DNA of 63,873 nucleotides, filler included, from Bipalium vagum (taxonomy: Eukaryota), in assembly GCA_037834085.1 (NCBI GenBank). It is 3 parts of 3 records of this genome, joined end to end, with 100 filler letters (N's around TTAATTAATTAA, not from the genome) between each part and the next. Parts side by side here need not be neighbours in the genome. Positions count along the whole stretch, not along the records: positions 1 to 27,660 come from JBBMKC010082793.1; positions 27,761 to 46,782 come from JBBMKC010009435.1; 1 more part is not named here. One strand, given 5' to 3'. The translations under genes were made by a program, and so were the position numbers. Shown here one piece after another: positions 15,587-28,319 of this stretch; the first letter of the stretch is position 1, and each line of letters starts with the position of its first letter. The notes beneath the pieces are model-generated. The model saw only the letters and a list, made by a program, of their open reading frames with translations, did not search any database and was not told the DNA's origin.

Positions 15587-17765
15587 CCTTATAGTCGAAT
15601 TATTGATATCATTAATTAATTAATATTCACTCTTCAGACAATTTCACAAATTTTGATCGATCGAGCAATCAATACACCACAGAGTCGCCTATTTTGCCAA
15701 CTGAATGCCAGGATGCAAGAAGTGTCTTCTCTCACATTTAGTGAGCTTCAAAGAAGAGCGGAAAGGATTGCCAGCTACCTGTTTGAGAAGCGCAAAATTC
15801 CAATCAAAACACCAATCGCTCTTCTGTATCCTCCTGGCATTGAACTCGTGTGTGCCGTATATGCGTGTCTGTTATGTGGATGTATTCCGGTAGCTATTAA
15901 GCCTCCATCGACTCCAACTGGAATCAGCACAGCGAGCAATCAGAATTCGACATTGGCCTTCAATACGTCACAATCAATCGGTTCTTCTTCCACATCGATA
16001 GAAGCTGTCGTTTCCTCGTTGGAGGCTGCCCGTCAAATTATGAATGCCTGCAACTGCTCTGTGGTTCTAACGTGCGCAGTGATCCTTAAAGTCATCAAAG
16101 CTCAGAAAGTCTCCCTGGCTGAAGGGTCAAACATTATCGATACAGATGATCTTCCTAAAAAACGATTAGTCGCTCAAGACTTCTATCATCCACAGTCTAT
16201 GGATGAAGTTGCCTATATCGATTTCAGCTGGTCGCCTCAAGGTGTTCCTGTTGGTATTCGGCAGACACATTCATCACTGCTTTACATTTGTCAAACCCAG
16301 AAATTGCAATGCGAGTTCTACCCATCAAGAGAAGTTGTTCTGTCTTTGGATCCGTATTCCGGACTCGGATTTACACTTTGGTGCCTGTCTGGAGTTTATT
16401 GTGGCCATTTGAGTTATTTAGTTCCACCACAATTGCTGGAAACACAACCAGATCTCTGGCTAACAGCCTGTAGTACTAAGCAGGGTACGTGTACCAAAAC
16501 TAGTGAATTTATTGTCGATATTAATTTTCTGATTTTCCAATTCAGTACGCGACACTTTTTGCTCTTACTCGGCGATTGAATTATCTACTAAGCATTTGGC
16601 GAACAGCATACCGGTTTTAAAAGTGAGTTTATTTTTATTGATTTTTTTTATCTTAATAAATTTTCATATCGATAATTTTATTAAAATATAGATATAGATA
16701 TTATTATTATTATTATATTTATTATTTGTATTTTTAATATAACAATTATCATTGATATTTATTATAATTCTTTTATATTATTTTTATATAATTTTAGTAA
16801 TAAAATCTTAAAAATAATAAATTTTAATTCAAACATTTTAATATTTTATTTTTTATTAATCCTTTTAAGTTTATTTTGAATATTTAAAGTTTTAACTCAT
16901 AAAATAAGAGATATGAGGTATTGATAATATTTTGAATAATTTCAAAATATTTTTTACGTAAAGTATTGTCATTTTATCGATTTTTAAAAAGATTTTGAAT
17001 TGTGCTCAACTTACAGATTTTTATAAATTTTCATTAAAAATAATTACTTCTACTTATATTCGATCACACAATTATAAATGTAAAAAATATTTTTTTTATT
17101 TCATTATTTCTCAATTAGTTTATTGTGACTTAAAAATAGTGTTACTTTTGATTGTACAAGTATTTATAGATAAATAAACGATTTAGAAATGGCCTTCTTG
17201 ATTTATTATTTATTATTTAATTGTTATCAGTGTAAAGTTAAGTATTTTTTAATTATAATAGTAATAAAATCAATAATAAAATGAACATAAAAATATTAAT
17301 TATTAGTGGTCATCAGAAAATTTAATGATCATCATTAAAAAATCACAATAATTTTTACTTAGTATTAATAATGATAGTAACATGAATAAAATTGATAATT
17401 AAAATAAATAAAAATAATTATGAAAATAAAATTGACCGATTATCATTTTGCTAATTACCAAAAATTAAGTTGAACTTAATCTTTCTTAAGATTATTTTTT
17501 ATAAAAAGAATTATTTCTATAAAATTCCAGCATTCACATAAATGTTGAAATTTTCGTTAAAATATTATAAATGTTACATTCATTAATCATTCTCTAAGAC
17601 AATTAAAATATATTAACTCCAAGAATTACAAAGTTACTTATATTTTAATGAATGAGAATTTTAGAGTTATGAATTTTGTGAGAATCTAGTTAAGGTTTTT
17701 TGAAGACTAAAGACTTATTAGTAATAATATAAGTTTAACATTATTATTATATTCTTAATCTTAAA

Positions 17766-17798
<33 letters not shown>

Positions 17799-20700
17799 TT
17801 ATAATGTCTGGTCTCAAAATTTCTACTGTTCATTTAATTTTCTTTTAAAATTTATGCACAATAAGAAAGATGACACGTTTTCACTTTATTGATTAACAAA
17901 TCAATATTGTGTGAAATGTCAAGTAAAAATTAATTATTAAATTAAAAAAACTATTGTGACGATTTTGTTTAGAAATTCCAATGACTTACAGCTATTATTC
18001 CGTTGTTGCATATTATTTCAAATACTTTTGTAATGAAATAGCAATAATAAATTAAATTATTATCCTTAAGGAAGAGGATGAAGGCTAAATAGAGGAAAAC
18101 AATAATATCAAGATTTCTGATAATTTTCAAGATTTATGTTAACAATGATTTTTCGAAACGGAAAAGAACAAAAGAACTTTTCGTTAACAGAAAATAAATT
18201 AAATTTTGTTATTCTTTTGGGAAAAAATTGTTTTCTAAAAAATTTGATTTCTAAAGTAATATCCAAAAATGAAATAATTTCAGAAACATAACTGAATAAA
18301 AAGAAAGTAGATAATCAATTCCAAAAAGTGACCGTTACATTTCAGTTGAAAATAAAGAGTAATGAAAAACGCTGTTGCGAGAAAAATATTTATAATTTTA
18401 AAATTGTTCCATTAGTCCTAATTTATATTATCTGGTTAATGGGTTATGTAAACAAATGATAATCATTGATCAGTTAAATTTCAAACAGGTTTTAACAATT
18501 AAAATCACTATTCAAATTTACTTAAGTGATAAGTCGAAATTTGAACAAAATCTCCTTTACACAAACACAATGATCGATTAATTGGATAAATGTTTCAACA
18601 AAAAAAATTAAAAATTAAAGTTTTAATTATTGAACAGAAACAAAAAATAGTGACCTTAATAAAATAATTATGTGTAGCTTTTTTTACTTGTTTAAAATTA
18701 TTTTGATTGGTTACTAATGGTTTAGGAATAAAACATAATTATTCCCAATAAATATTTGATTCATTGAATGAAAGTTGAAACTAAAATGAATATTCAATCA
18801 TATTGAGATTTTAATTAACATTTAAAATATTGTTAATAAATTAAAACGGACATAAAAATCGATGAATTATAACAAAAACAAAATTCTCAAAAGGAAACTT
18901 TTAAGGTGATTTGAATTGATTGATTTTTTATCATTTCTCGGTAATATCTTTTAAAAAAGAAAATTAATAAAAAAATAGGTGAATAAATAAGTAATATAAA
19001 TAAAAAATGCTTTATGATATGTATTACTTAACTATCGATATATTCTCATAATAAAATTCGATTCTAAAAATTTCTTTCAAACCAAAAATATTATTGACAA
19101 ATATAAGAAATCATCAGAAATAGTGAAATTATTGAAAATTTATATTTAAAGGTTAAGAAAAAAGATAAATGAATTGGAAAAAATTTATAAAAATATTAAT
19201 GTTCCATTTGAATTAAATAAAAACTAATATAAAAATTTGATTTTTTATTTAATAATTTTTTCCAATAAATTCGATAACTTAAGCATTAATATCGATAATT
19301 ATAATTACTGGTTAAATGTTTTTGATGTTCCATTTTTTTCGTGTTAAGTAATGTTTTGTATTTAAATATATTTAATCTTCATAAATTGATGTTTGAAACT
19401 TTTGGGTTATAAAGGTATAAAAACAAATATTTTCTTTGTAATCGTCGATAACTGTTTTGCCTGGCCATTTCAATTGAAATGAGTCAAATTCTCTGATTGT
19501 GAATCATACACATTGTTAAGGTTAACAGTCATTGCAGAAAGCGACAATGACTTATTGTTGGTCGTTGACAGTCACAAATTCTATTTGCTAATAACTTCGT
19601 TTCCTTCAATCTTTGTCTGCGTGCTTCCGTGTCTGGGGGAATGGTTGCCCTTGTGAAAAGTTGATAATCCTTCTTAATCAGTTACGATGCTTCATTGTTA
19701 CTTTTGTTTTAACCTGAGTACTATAAGGTCTTCATCTACCTTGTTACTATAACTTGGTCTTAATTTTAACACATGCTTAAATTTTATACATTTTTCTTTT
19801 TAAATTAATGGTGATAGTAATAAAAAAATGTAAATAGGGTTTTTGTCAGAAGTTTTTGTATTCAAAAAATCGGATATCATTATTTTAATCAATCGATTTA
19901 AGAATTTTAGATCGTTGTTTAATAAATTAAATATATTGATTTCTTTTTGATATAATAATTAAAATTATGATTACGGATTTTAAAAATCTAATCAAGACTT
20001 CTAGTTTTTTTGTAAAAGTATTGATTTTTTAAAAAATTCAATATATAATAATTGATAGGTATGAGAAATCAATAAAAACAAAACCATTTTTAATTATAAT
20101 TATTATAAGAGTTTAATAATTTTTGAAATTAAAAGAATTTTAGTCAACTTAGACAGAATTATAAAATATTAAATTATCAAATCGACATTTTTTTATGAAT
20201 TAAGTGTAGAAATCAATGGTAATTAATTATGATTTATTGATTACTATGTTTAATATATTTTGATATTTTCAAAATTATTTTTAATTATTTTAATATCTTA
20301 ATTTAAAAACCAAATCGTGTTTGTCAATATTTTTTCATGCAATAAATCGAATTTTGTGATGTGAAATTGAATTAATCTGAAATAAAGAGAGAATTTAAGG
20401 ATATTTTTATTGTCTATATATAAGAAATATATAAAATCTCAAAAGGAGCTTATTCTAAATTTCCATTTTTTGAATTTAACACATGAATCTAGAACGCCTT
20501 CATCTTCAATATATCTACACTGAAAAATAAAATTTTATATTTTATTTCGATTTTCACAGAATATTAACGTTAAAAGGATTTCATTTTATTATGTGAATAT
20601 TTTAAATTATTATTAAAATAATATTGACAAAATGAACTTTGTATCAAATGGGAATTTTCACATGATCACCTAGAAATAGACTAGGTTAGAAACAGAATCT

Positions 20701-23700
20701 AAATACTATTTCTTTAACATTTTAATTATTGATTTCTATGAATTTTATTTCTATAAAAAATTTTGAGATTTTTATTTTATTTTCTTAAAAGTAATTTACT
20801 TGATTAAAAATTTTCAATTTTAGAGACCAATGTAAAAAAATTGTAAAAATAAATAAATCCATAAATTTTTATAAAAGAATTAAAATATACTAAGATTTAT
20901 CCATATATTTCTTAATTTCTAACTCTCTGTAACCTATAAATATTTGTATTATAATGATATTTTTATTAAATTAATAATTTATTAATAAATAATTTTAATT
21001 GATTATTACTTTTATAATTAAAACACGAATCATATAAATAGTAAATGTCAATAGTATAAAAAATAATAAATAATAATATGAATTTTTTATCAATTTCTTT
21101 ATATTAAAATTAATCTTTACATTAAGAAAAATGCATTAAGGATGCAAATTTACTTTTCACTTTACGTCTACTAAATTTGATTGATTGTTCAAATAAAGTA
21201 AAGAAAAAAATAATATGGCACTGAACATAAAATTAACCAGCAGAACTCCTTTATTATTGATTTTTATTATTTAATGTTGATTTATTTAATAAGAATAATA
21301 AAAAAAATAATAAATAGTAATAATAATGTTTTTTTTAAAAAACTCATAATTTATAAAAAATTTTACAGCAACGAGGGGTTTCTTTGAATTGCTTAAGGTC
21401 TCTTGTCATTGTTGCTGAAGAAAGACCCCGAGTTCAGTCGACAAGTAATTTTTGCAAACTGTTTTCAGTTTTGGGGCTAAACTCTCGTGCTGTTAGCACA
21501 TCTTTCGGATGTCGAGTGAATGTGGCAATGTGCTTACAGGTTGAAAATTTCACGTTTTATTTCAAAATATTTTTAATATTCCATGGTTCTCCATAAATTT
21601 ACAGGGTGCCAGCAGTCCCGACACGAGCAGTGTTTATGTTGACCAAATCTCCTTACGAAATGATCGAGTTAAATTGCTGGAAAAGGGCAGCCCTCACAGC
21701 CTTTGTTTACTAGAGTCTGGTAAATTATTACCGGGCGTTCGTATTGCAATTGCACATCCAGAAACTTTGGGACAATGTGCGGATTCTCATCTCGGAGAGA
21801 TTTGGGTGAGCTCGCCATTCAACTCATCTGATCTTGTCATTCCCAATGACAATGGTGAAGCTAAAAAACAGCTCAGTATGAAGTTAGCAACTGGGGAAAT
21901 TGAAGGAGTATATGCCCGAACTGGATATTTGGGATTTGTTCGTCGAACAGAATTAACTCAGTCAGACGGAGGTATGTTATATTTCTGTTTGATTTTATAA
22001 TTTTTAAAATTATTAAAAAAATAATATTTATTTAAAATTTAAAAAAAATCAATATTATTTAATAATAAAAAGACAATTAAAATATCAGTAATCATTAAAT
22101 TATAAACCAATATTTAATATTTAACAAAAAATATCAATGTTTAATAAAAGTCGATAAAATTTAAATATATCGCCTTTTATCATTTACATTAATTATTTTA
22201 TTGAATTATATGATTTAATTTTTTTAAAAATAAAATGAGATATTTCGAAAATATTGAAGAAAAAGTTAAATTATTATTGTCATTATTATTTTATTATTTT
22301 ATTCGTTAAACTTTTATTTAAGTCAACTGAATTGTTTTGCATAAAATTATTTATTTATCTCTCCTTGTAAATAGTGGTTAAAATTAATATTTAATATTTT
22401 CCATTTTTTATGATTATTTTATGGTAAAATTATTTTTATGAAAGAGAAATTATTTCAATTTGGAAATTTTAATATTTTAAACGTTAATTATATTTAAAAA
22501 AAATTTTTTTTGGATATTTTTATCCTGTTTTTCCACTTTCAAATGAATACTATTTTTTTATATTTCCTTCATATTTTTAGAAAACTTTTTAAAAAAAGAC
22601 TTTCACTAAGATAATAATAGAGTATGGAATGGGTAACAATTAATGATAAAAATAATTACGAAAATAAAATTAAAATAGTCTAATTGAAAATAATCGACTT
22701 AAATGTGCGAACTGGTATTGAATATTAGGGAAATTTTATGAAATTGACTGTTAATTTCGAGAAGTGTAATTTATTTATTTGATATAATAATAATAATATT
22801 ATTAGTCACATTTCTTAGCTTGAGAGCCAGCCTTCAGGGTCATTTTTTTCTAAATTTAGTATCAACGTTTGCCATGTTTATGTAATGTTTTTCAAAAATG
22901 ACTCATCAGTCAAAATTTATTTTCTTGTTACCGGATTTCCTCCAATTAGAAGTTTTTTTATATGATAATTCTTGAGAGTAGGATCTGATTAGATTGCTAC
23001 AATATTCATGATTCCTCTAAACTGTTTTCAACAGGGCCTTTCAAACTTAGCATGTTATGATATTTTTAAAATTTCTTTTCCATCTTATTTTAGATACATG
23101 TTACTAATAACATTTTTTAGGTTTTCCATATAAATAGATATTTCTGAAATTTTATATTGTTCTTCGATGGATATCAAAATGTTAAGATTTATACTAAGAT
23201 TGAATCGTACTGTTTTCATTTTGATCTATAAAATTATAGATTTCTTTATGATTATACACTATCAATTTTCATGAACCATTAAAAACCGTTACTTTTAAAA
23301 TATTTTTTTAATATTTCTTTTAAAATTTTACCCGATCATTTCGAAAGCTATTTTTCGTCAAAAATGAATTATTCACAATAAATGACTATTATTTAAGATG
23401 TTTAATGTAATAATGTAAAAATTTTTAATCTTAACATCCCAATATCGATTTATTCGTTTTTAAAAAAATATATTTAGCGACACAAAAGTGCATAATGATA
23501 TATTGAGTGTTTATCATTTATGTAGCTAAATGCTTTGTTTTTTAAAAACGACATTTTTAAAGGACCCCTCTATAATTCAAAAATCTATTACAAAATTAAC
23601 CTTCAAAAATTAAAACAAATTGAAAATTAACAAAATTTTCACTTAAAATTTTATTTTGGTAAATTTGAAATATCAAATTTTGTTTTCAATTTTAGCTGTC

Positions 23701-24360
23701 TAATTAAGATAATATTCTAAATAAGACAAATGAGGTTTTGTAAACTGATAAATCTCCAATATTTGAAAATGTTTTATTTCTTAACATTAAAACGAAATAG
23801 TTGAAATTGAAAATATAAAGGTATCAAGTTTTTTCATTTTTTACAATTTTAAATTTCGATTAAATTATAATTTAAACTAACATTTATTATTATTCTAAAG
23901 ATAATTATTTTTGCAGAGAGGCATGATGCATTATTTGTGGTGGGTGCCCTGGAAAACACGATAATGCTTCGGGGTATGCGCTATCACCCGATAGATATTG
24001 AATCGACAGTGATGCGTTGTCATAAAAGCAAAATCGCAGAATGGTAATTAATTAGAAAACACAAACATAAATTATCGATTTATCTCCAATGTTTTTGTAT
24101 TTTTCAGTGTCGTGTTTACCTGGTCAAATCTACTGGTAGTTGTTGTGGAACTGAATGGCGAAGACTGGGAAGCAGTAGATCTCGTTCATCTGGTCACATC
24201 GAGTGTTTTGGAAGAACATTACCTCATTGTGGGCGTTGTAGTCGTTGTCGATCGTGGTACGATTCAAGTGAATTCACGAGGCGAAAAGGAACGTGTTCAG
24301 TTGCGCGACATGTTCGTCAATGACAAACTCGACCCCATGTATGTTTCGTACAATATGTGA
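2873..24360 (+). CDS. DIP2: Disco-interacting protein 2 homolog (DMAP1-binding domain plus two FAAL-like AMP-binding domains), 15 exons, ~1696 aa
   Basis: Exons, all GT-AG and phase-consistent (total 5091 nt): 2873-2951, 3000-3101, 3234-3371, 4339-4833, 7875-8266, 8344-8484, 11127-12249, 13409-13641, 14929-15474, 15638-16484, 16546-16622, 21369-21539, 21605-21971, 23917-24043, 24108-24360. Motifs: ELELELSEGDITEKG, RYRSDIREEAV, RVSEKIQQLVQTLKRPKRRPL, GRRHNADDIIATVLAVEPMK, ARTGYLGFVRRTELT, and C-terminal DKLDPMYVSYNM*. Confidence 0.96.
10084..10234. other. Assembly gap (N run) inside DIP2 intron 6
   Basis: 151 N; the flanking exons join in frame (AKLLQ|RSTRIAY), so no coding exon seems lost. 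Confidence 0.98.
13215..13292 (+). pseudogene. tRNA-Ala(CGC)-derived pseudogene or SINE head in DIP2 intron 7
   Basis: A box TAGCTCAGCGG, D arm GCTC..GAGC, CGCAT anticodon-loop remnant, AGGTC variable loop, B-box variant GTTTCGAATCC, acceptor 3' strand TATCTCC. The anticodon stem does not pair and there is an extra T in the 5' acceptor strand. Confidence 0.75.
19500..19780 (-). mobile_element. Degenerate non-LTR retrotransposon RT fragment
   Basis: Minus frames give IINFSQGQPFPQTRKHAD ... QRPTIS/SLSAMT, resembling the FPxxWKxA ... YRPISLL region of LINE RT; stops and frameshifts. Confidence 0.45.
22800..23250 (-). mobile_element. Possible 3' end of a non-LTR retroelement
   Basis: Locally higher GC; the minus strand ends in ...GCTAAGAAATGTGAC followed by TAA/ATT repeats; no clear protein motif. 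Confidence 0.25.
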
Positions 24361-25650
24361 CATTGCCCCCTTACCCCTTCCGCGCGCCACTCAACTCCAA
24401 TCTTTTGTGTGATGAGGCCATTTTGAAAAAAACCGATAACCATTTTTTTTGTGATTGATGCTTTTTTTTCCACACAATTTCGACACCGAAAGCCCTGACC
24501 CCTACCGCCCTGTGAGCCCTCCCTCCAAAGTAGTGCTGGTTTCAGAAAGAAACAGAAATCAGGACAAACAGGAAAAGTTTCGACCCCACCCCTTGAAACT
24601 CATCGATTCTGTTGATTGCGAACGTAACTCGGATACAGAGAGAGGAGGACAGAACTACTCGTCAAATGGTGGCAGTAGCAATCAGATTTTGTGTAAATGC
24701 ACTATGTACATAACTTTTTAATCTCTCTTTATTTCCTTTCTTTCTCTGTCTCCCAATGCCGCTTGACTCTGCTCGCTATTCACTCTCTGATAACATTATT
24801 ATTATTATTATTATTATTATTATCTTCATCATTATCATCTTCATATTAACTCATCATTACCTGAAACACAAACACACACACACACAAAATTATTATCATA
24901 ATCATCACCAGTGATGCCATAGTTGTTTGTGTTATGTCATCGGATCTTGGATATAAGATTTTCGTCGTCCGTGTGTCTATCGAATTCTTTCATTTTTGTA
25001 TTTTGGAGTTTTGTCACAGTTTTTCTGTTTTTGTAACACACAAACGAGAGCGCGCGCGTGAATGGTTTTTTTCTAACCTTTTATTTGTAGTGTTAGCGAT
25101 CCAAATATATCGCAACGGTCGCGCGCAACCTTGAAATAATATTATTACTATATTTATTAATATCAATATTTATAATGTTAATATAATAATAATTATTATT
25201 ATTCCTGGAGGTATGACTATTGATTCATCAATGTGGAAGTGTGATTGTGAAAACTCGCTTTTGTGAAGAGTGCAATAATAGATAAGTCATGGGTAAACGA
25301 CCGCCCCTTGACCCGTCATTATTATTTTTAATATTTTTATCGATTTGTGAGATTTTGTGAAATGACAACTGTGCGATGGTTTTTGTGTAGTGGTTTCTTT
25401 TGCTAGTTTTACGTTTTTTGGAGTAACAACCTCTTATCATCCAGTCCCTTCTCTCTCTCTTTCCATTTCCTTATTACATTTTCTTTCTCTGTCAAGGCCT
25501 GTGACCATTATTGAAAATAAACACTTTCAGATTTTACCGTGGGGTTGTGCTGTATTATGGGGAATTACAATATTTATATAAAATGAATTTATTATTACTA
25601 TTATTGGTATTTCTGGTATTAACGGAGAAGGATGTGATCGCAATCTTGTT
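24361..25650 (+). promoter_or_regulatory. DIP2 3' UTR (GC-rich proximal part; Pumilio element and K-box cores)
   Basis: Follows the TGA. TGTACATA at 24705-24712; TGTGAT at 24408, 24450, 25240 and 25633; (CA)n and (ATT)n tracts. 3' end not defined. Confidence 0.5.
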
Positions 25651-26397
25651 TCTTTTATTTCAAGAAGAGAAAATGTATTTTGCTATCATATTTTTGAAAG
25701 CGAGTAAAAAATCGTTAATTACAACCATTTTAGTCTATCAGAAATTAGAAATTATAAATATTGGATTTGTAAATATACTTATTTGTACTGAATTCTAATA
25801 TGCACCGAATGATATAACCGTGTTTTGTGGCAAACTGATTTTGAGTTATCGTGGATTTTGCATTTGACAAAAAATATTGAGACTATTGAAGTACTTTTTT
25901 TGAGGATATACTAAGCCATACGTATAGAATATTAGGGAATCAGGAAGATTATTTTCGTTTTTAATAGTTTTTGTATTTGTTTATATTTTAAGGAAATATA
26001 ATATTGTATTAAAGTGATTGTAAAATTTTCTCCAGTGTGAATATATAAAATTTGATTACCCAAAATTCTATGAATCAGATTGTCAAGATGCTTCTAATTA
26101 TGACATTAAAAATAGGATTCACTTTTCTGTGTATTGTTTTAGATTTACTATTTTAATTAATGTGTACAATATTTTTTCTTGAGATACTAAATCTAGAAAA
26201 TAAATGATGTCTAGATTGGTAATAACCATTTAATAGATGTTGAGATTAGTAAAATGTAATTAATAAATAAAAATAATATTAATCACAATACCAGGTTTAG
26301 TAATTACAAAAATAAGTAATTATTAAGAGTATTATTATTAACAATAAAAGTTATATTGAGCAATGTTAATGATAAAATTTTTCTTTTTAAACAAATA

Positions 26398-26950
26398 CCG
26401 TAGATACTCGAATATAAGTCAACCTCGTGTATAAGTCGAGAGGGAAAAATGGGAAATTCTGTGAAAAACCGTATGACTTTTATATAAGTCGAGGTAATAA
26501 TATATGTCTGGGTAGTTTCTTCTTTCGTATATTTGGAAATTTTCTTGCTGCTTTGCTGTTGTTCTCCTTTTCCGCATATTTGAACACTAAGTTTAAAGGA
26601 AGCATCATATGCACATCGTTTTCGTTTCTGTTCTGGCATTTTGTGGGTGTAGAATGACTGAATTTCATAATTGTGACATGGGCTATATATAGGCGAGCTG
26701 TGTGGGACATGCTAAAAAAAGCGGTGAGAAATTTGAAATTTATCATGCGTAGCATTGTGATGCTGAGAAAAAATGGAAAAAAACGAAACATAAATGATAA
26801 CCCGGATTCAATTATGAACACAACGTGAAACATTACATAAATACAGCCATTATATTGGTTAAAACTGCTATGACTCTTATATAAGTCGACCACTTTTTTT
26901 TCATCAAATTTTATAGAAAAAAACATCGACTTATATTCAAGTATCTACGG
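26398..26950 (-). mobile_element. Tc2/pogo-family non-autonomous DNA transposon
   Basis: TIRs CCGTAGATACTCGAATATAAGTC / GACTTATATTCAAGTATCTACGG, each flanked by TA. Internal Brinker-like DBD remnant KRKRCAYDASFKLSV...AEKENNSKAARKF. Confidence 0.9.
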
Positions 26951-27660
26951 TAATTGTTAATGTATAGAAATATATGTAGAAATATTCTTTACATTTATCA
27001 CATTTAATTTGATGTCCATAAGGAATAGATGTACTACCATCATCTTCAATTATTCTTTTATCATGAAATGGTGATAAAGCTATTTTTTATTTGTGAATAT
27101 ATTAAAATATTATGTTTATCTGATTTTATGATTTACTTAATTTTTTCAAACTTCCATTTAAAGAATTTCTGTAATCATTAACACCAGTTTTTTTAGGTAA
27201 ACTTAGTTTACGGAACACTTTTAAGTCATCTTAATAATGTTCTTTTTAACGACACTAGATTTAAAAAACACTTTCCTACCATCTGAGTGACCGTTGAAAA
27301 GATTAAGACATTGGCCGCCCACCCCCAATGGGGGCGGTTTGGGTTCAAGGGCAGCAAAATCTCCCTATAATTCATAGATCCGATCTAGATGCAAGATTAG
27401 GATACGGTATTAATAACCGAGTCCATTGAGAAATCTGCCTGTACATTCGAGTGTACTTGACTTCCCCCGATCCGACAGTTTTCAACAGTAATACTAGGTG
27501 TTGGTACTGGACACACTAGTGAACATATCTTCCCGATGCCTATGATAAAACTGAGAAGAACTGTTTTTTAGTTTTGAAAAATTTTATTCAAATTTATGTT
27601 GGGTTTACCAAGACACCCCCCGGGGAAAAATAAATAATAAAAACTATAAATAATGTATAA

Positions 27661-27760
27661 NNNNNNNNNNNNNNNNNNNNNNNNNNNNNNNNNNNNNNNN
27701 NNNNTTAATTAATTAANNNNNNNNNNNNNNNNNNNNNNNNNNNNNNNNNNNNNNNNNNNN
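27661..27760. other. Artificial scaffold linker (N44-TTAATTAATTAA-N44)
   Basis: Exactly 100 nt with a six-frame stop cassette at 27705-27716; identical design at 46783-46882. Confidence 0.95.
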
Positions 27761-27834
27761 AGAAATTTCAATTAAATCAAATTTTCAAAAAATTATAAAA
27801 CATTCAAATTACCACTGACTTTTGGGACACCCTG
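27761..27834. mobile_element. Terminal fragment of a Tc1/mariner-superfamily element abutting the linker
   Basis: Ends CCACTGACTTTTGGGACACCCTG|TA (reverse complement TA|CAGGGTGTCCC...), a typical TIR start. Confidence 0.65.
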
Positions 27835-28319
27835 TATTTTAATAATTATATTTCTCAGTATCTGTTGTAAATTTTATACTTATTTTTTAAAATTTTATAA
27901 AATATTCTTTAGTTTATTTTATTCTACTGTTGAAATTGATTTATAATCAATGGGTGTAATTGTTTTCCAAATGGATTGTAATCATTTTCTTAAATTAAAT
28001 CATCAACTGGCTCAATTGTTCTTGATAAAGAATAACCTAAGAACCGATTCTAATTGTCTCAAAATTAAAAATCTCTCAATCAACATTAAGGTTAAAAATT
28101 GTAAAAAAAAAACTCAAAATGTGTCATGAAAATTTTCAAAGTTCAACATCATCATAGTTCAAAATTGTAATAAATTCATGCGACATATAGGCAATTAATT
28201 GTAATTGCGTAAATGTGAATGATATAAATATTTTACTTTATAATTATTAATTAATTAATTTTAAATAGTTTTTAATTTTATATTATATGTATATATGTTA
28301 TTAATATTAATATTATATA

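Noticed and set aside
19520-19680. Nested antisense gene in DIP2 intron 11
   Set aside because: The open frame lacks a start and is better explained as a frameshifted LINE RT fragment.
22887-22909. Hammerhead-like CTGATGA-GTCA-TTTT-TGA-AAAAC on the minus strand
   Set aside because: Lacks the C-GAAA closing of stem II, and stems I and III are poor; at best a dead relic.
24358-24426. Stop-codon readthrough of DIP2 (TGA-C)
   Set aside because: Context TGA CATTGC matches neither CUAG nor CARYYA, and would add only ~22 residues.
27705-27716. TTAATTAATTAA island as a biological motif
   Set aside because: Centred in exactly 100 nt of N twice; an artificial linker.
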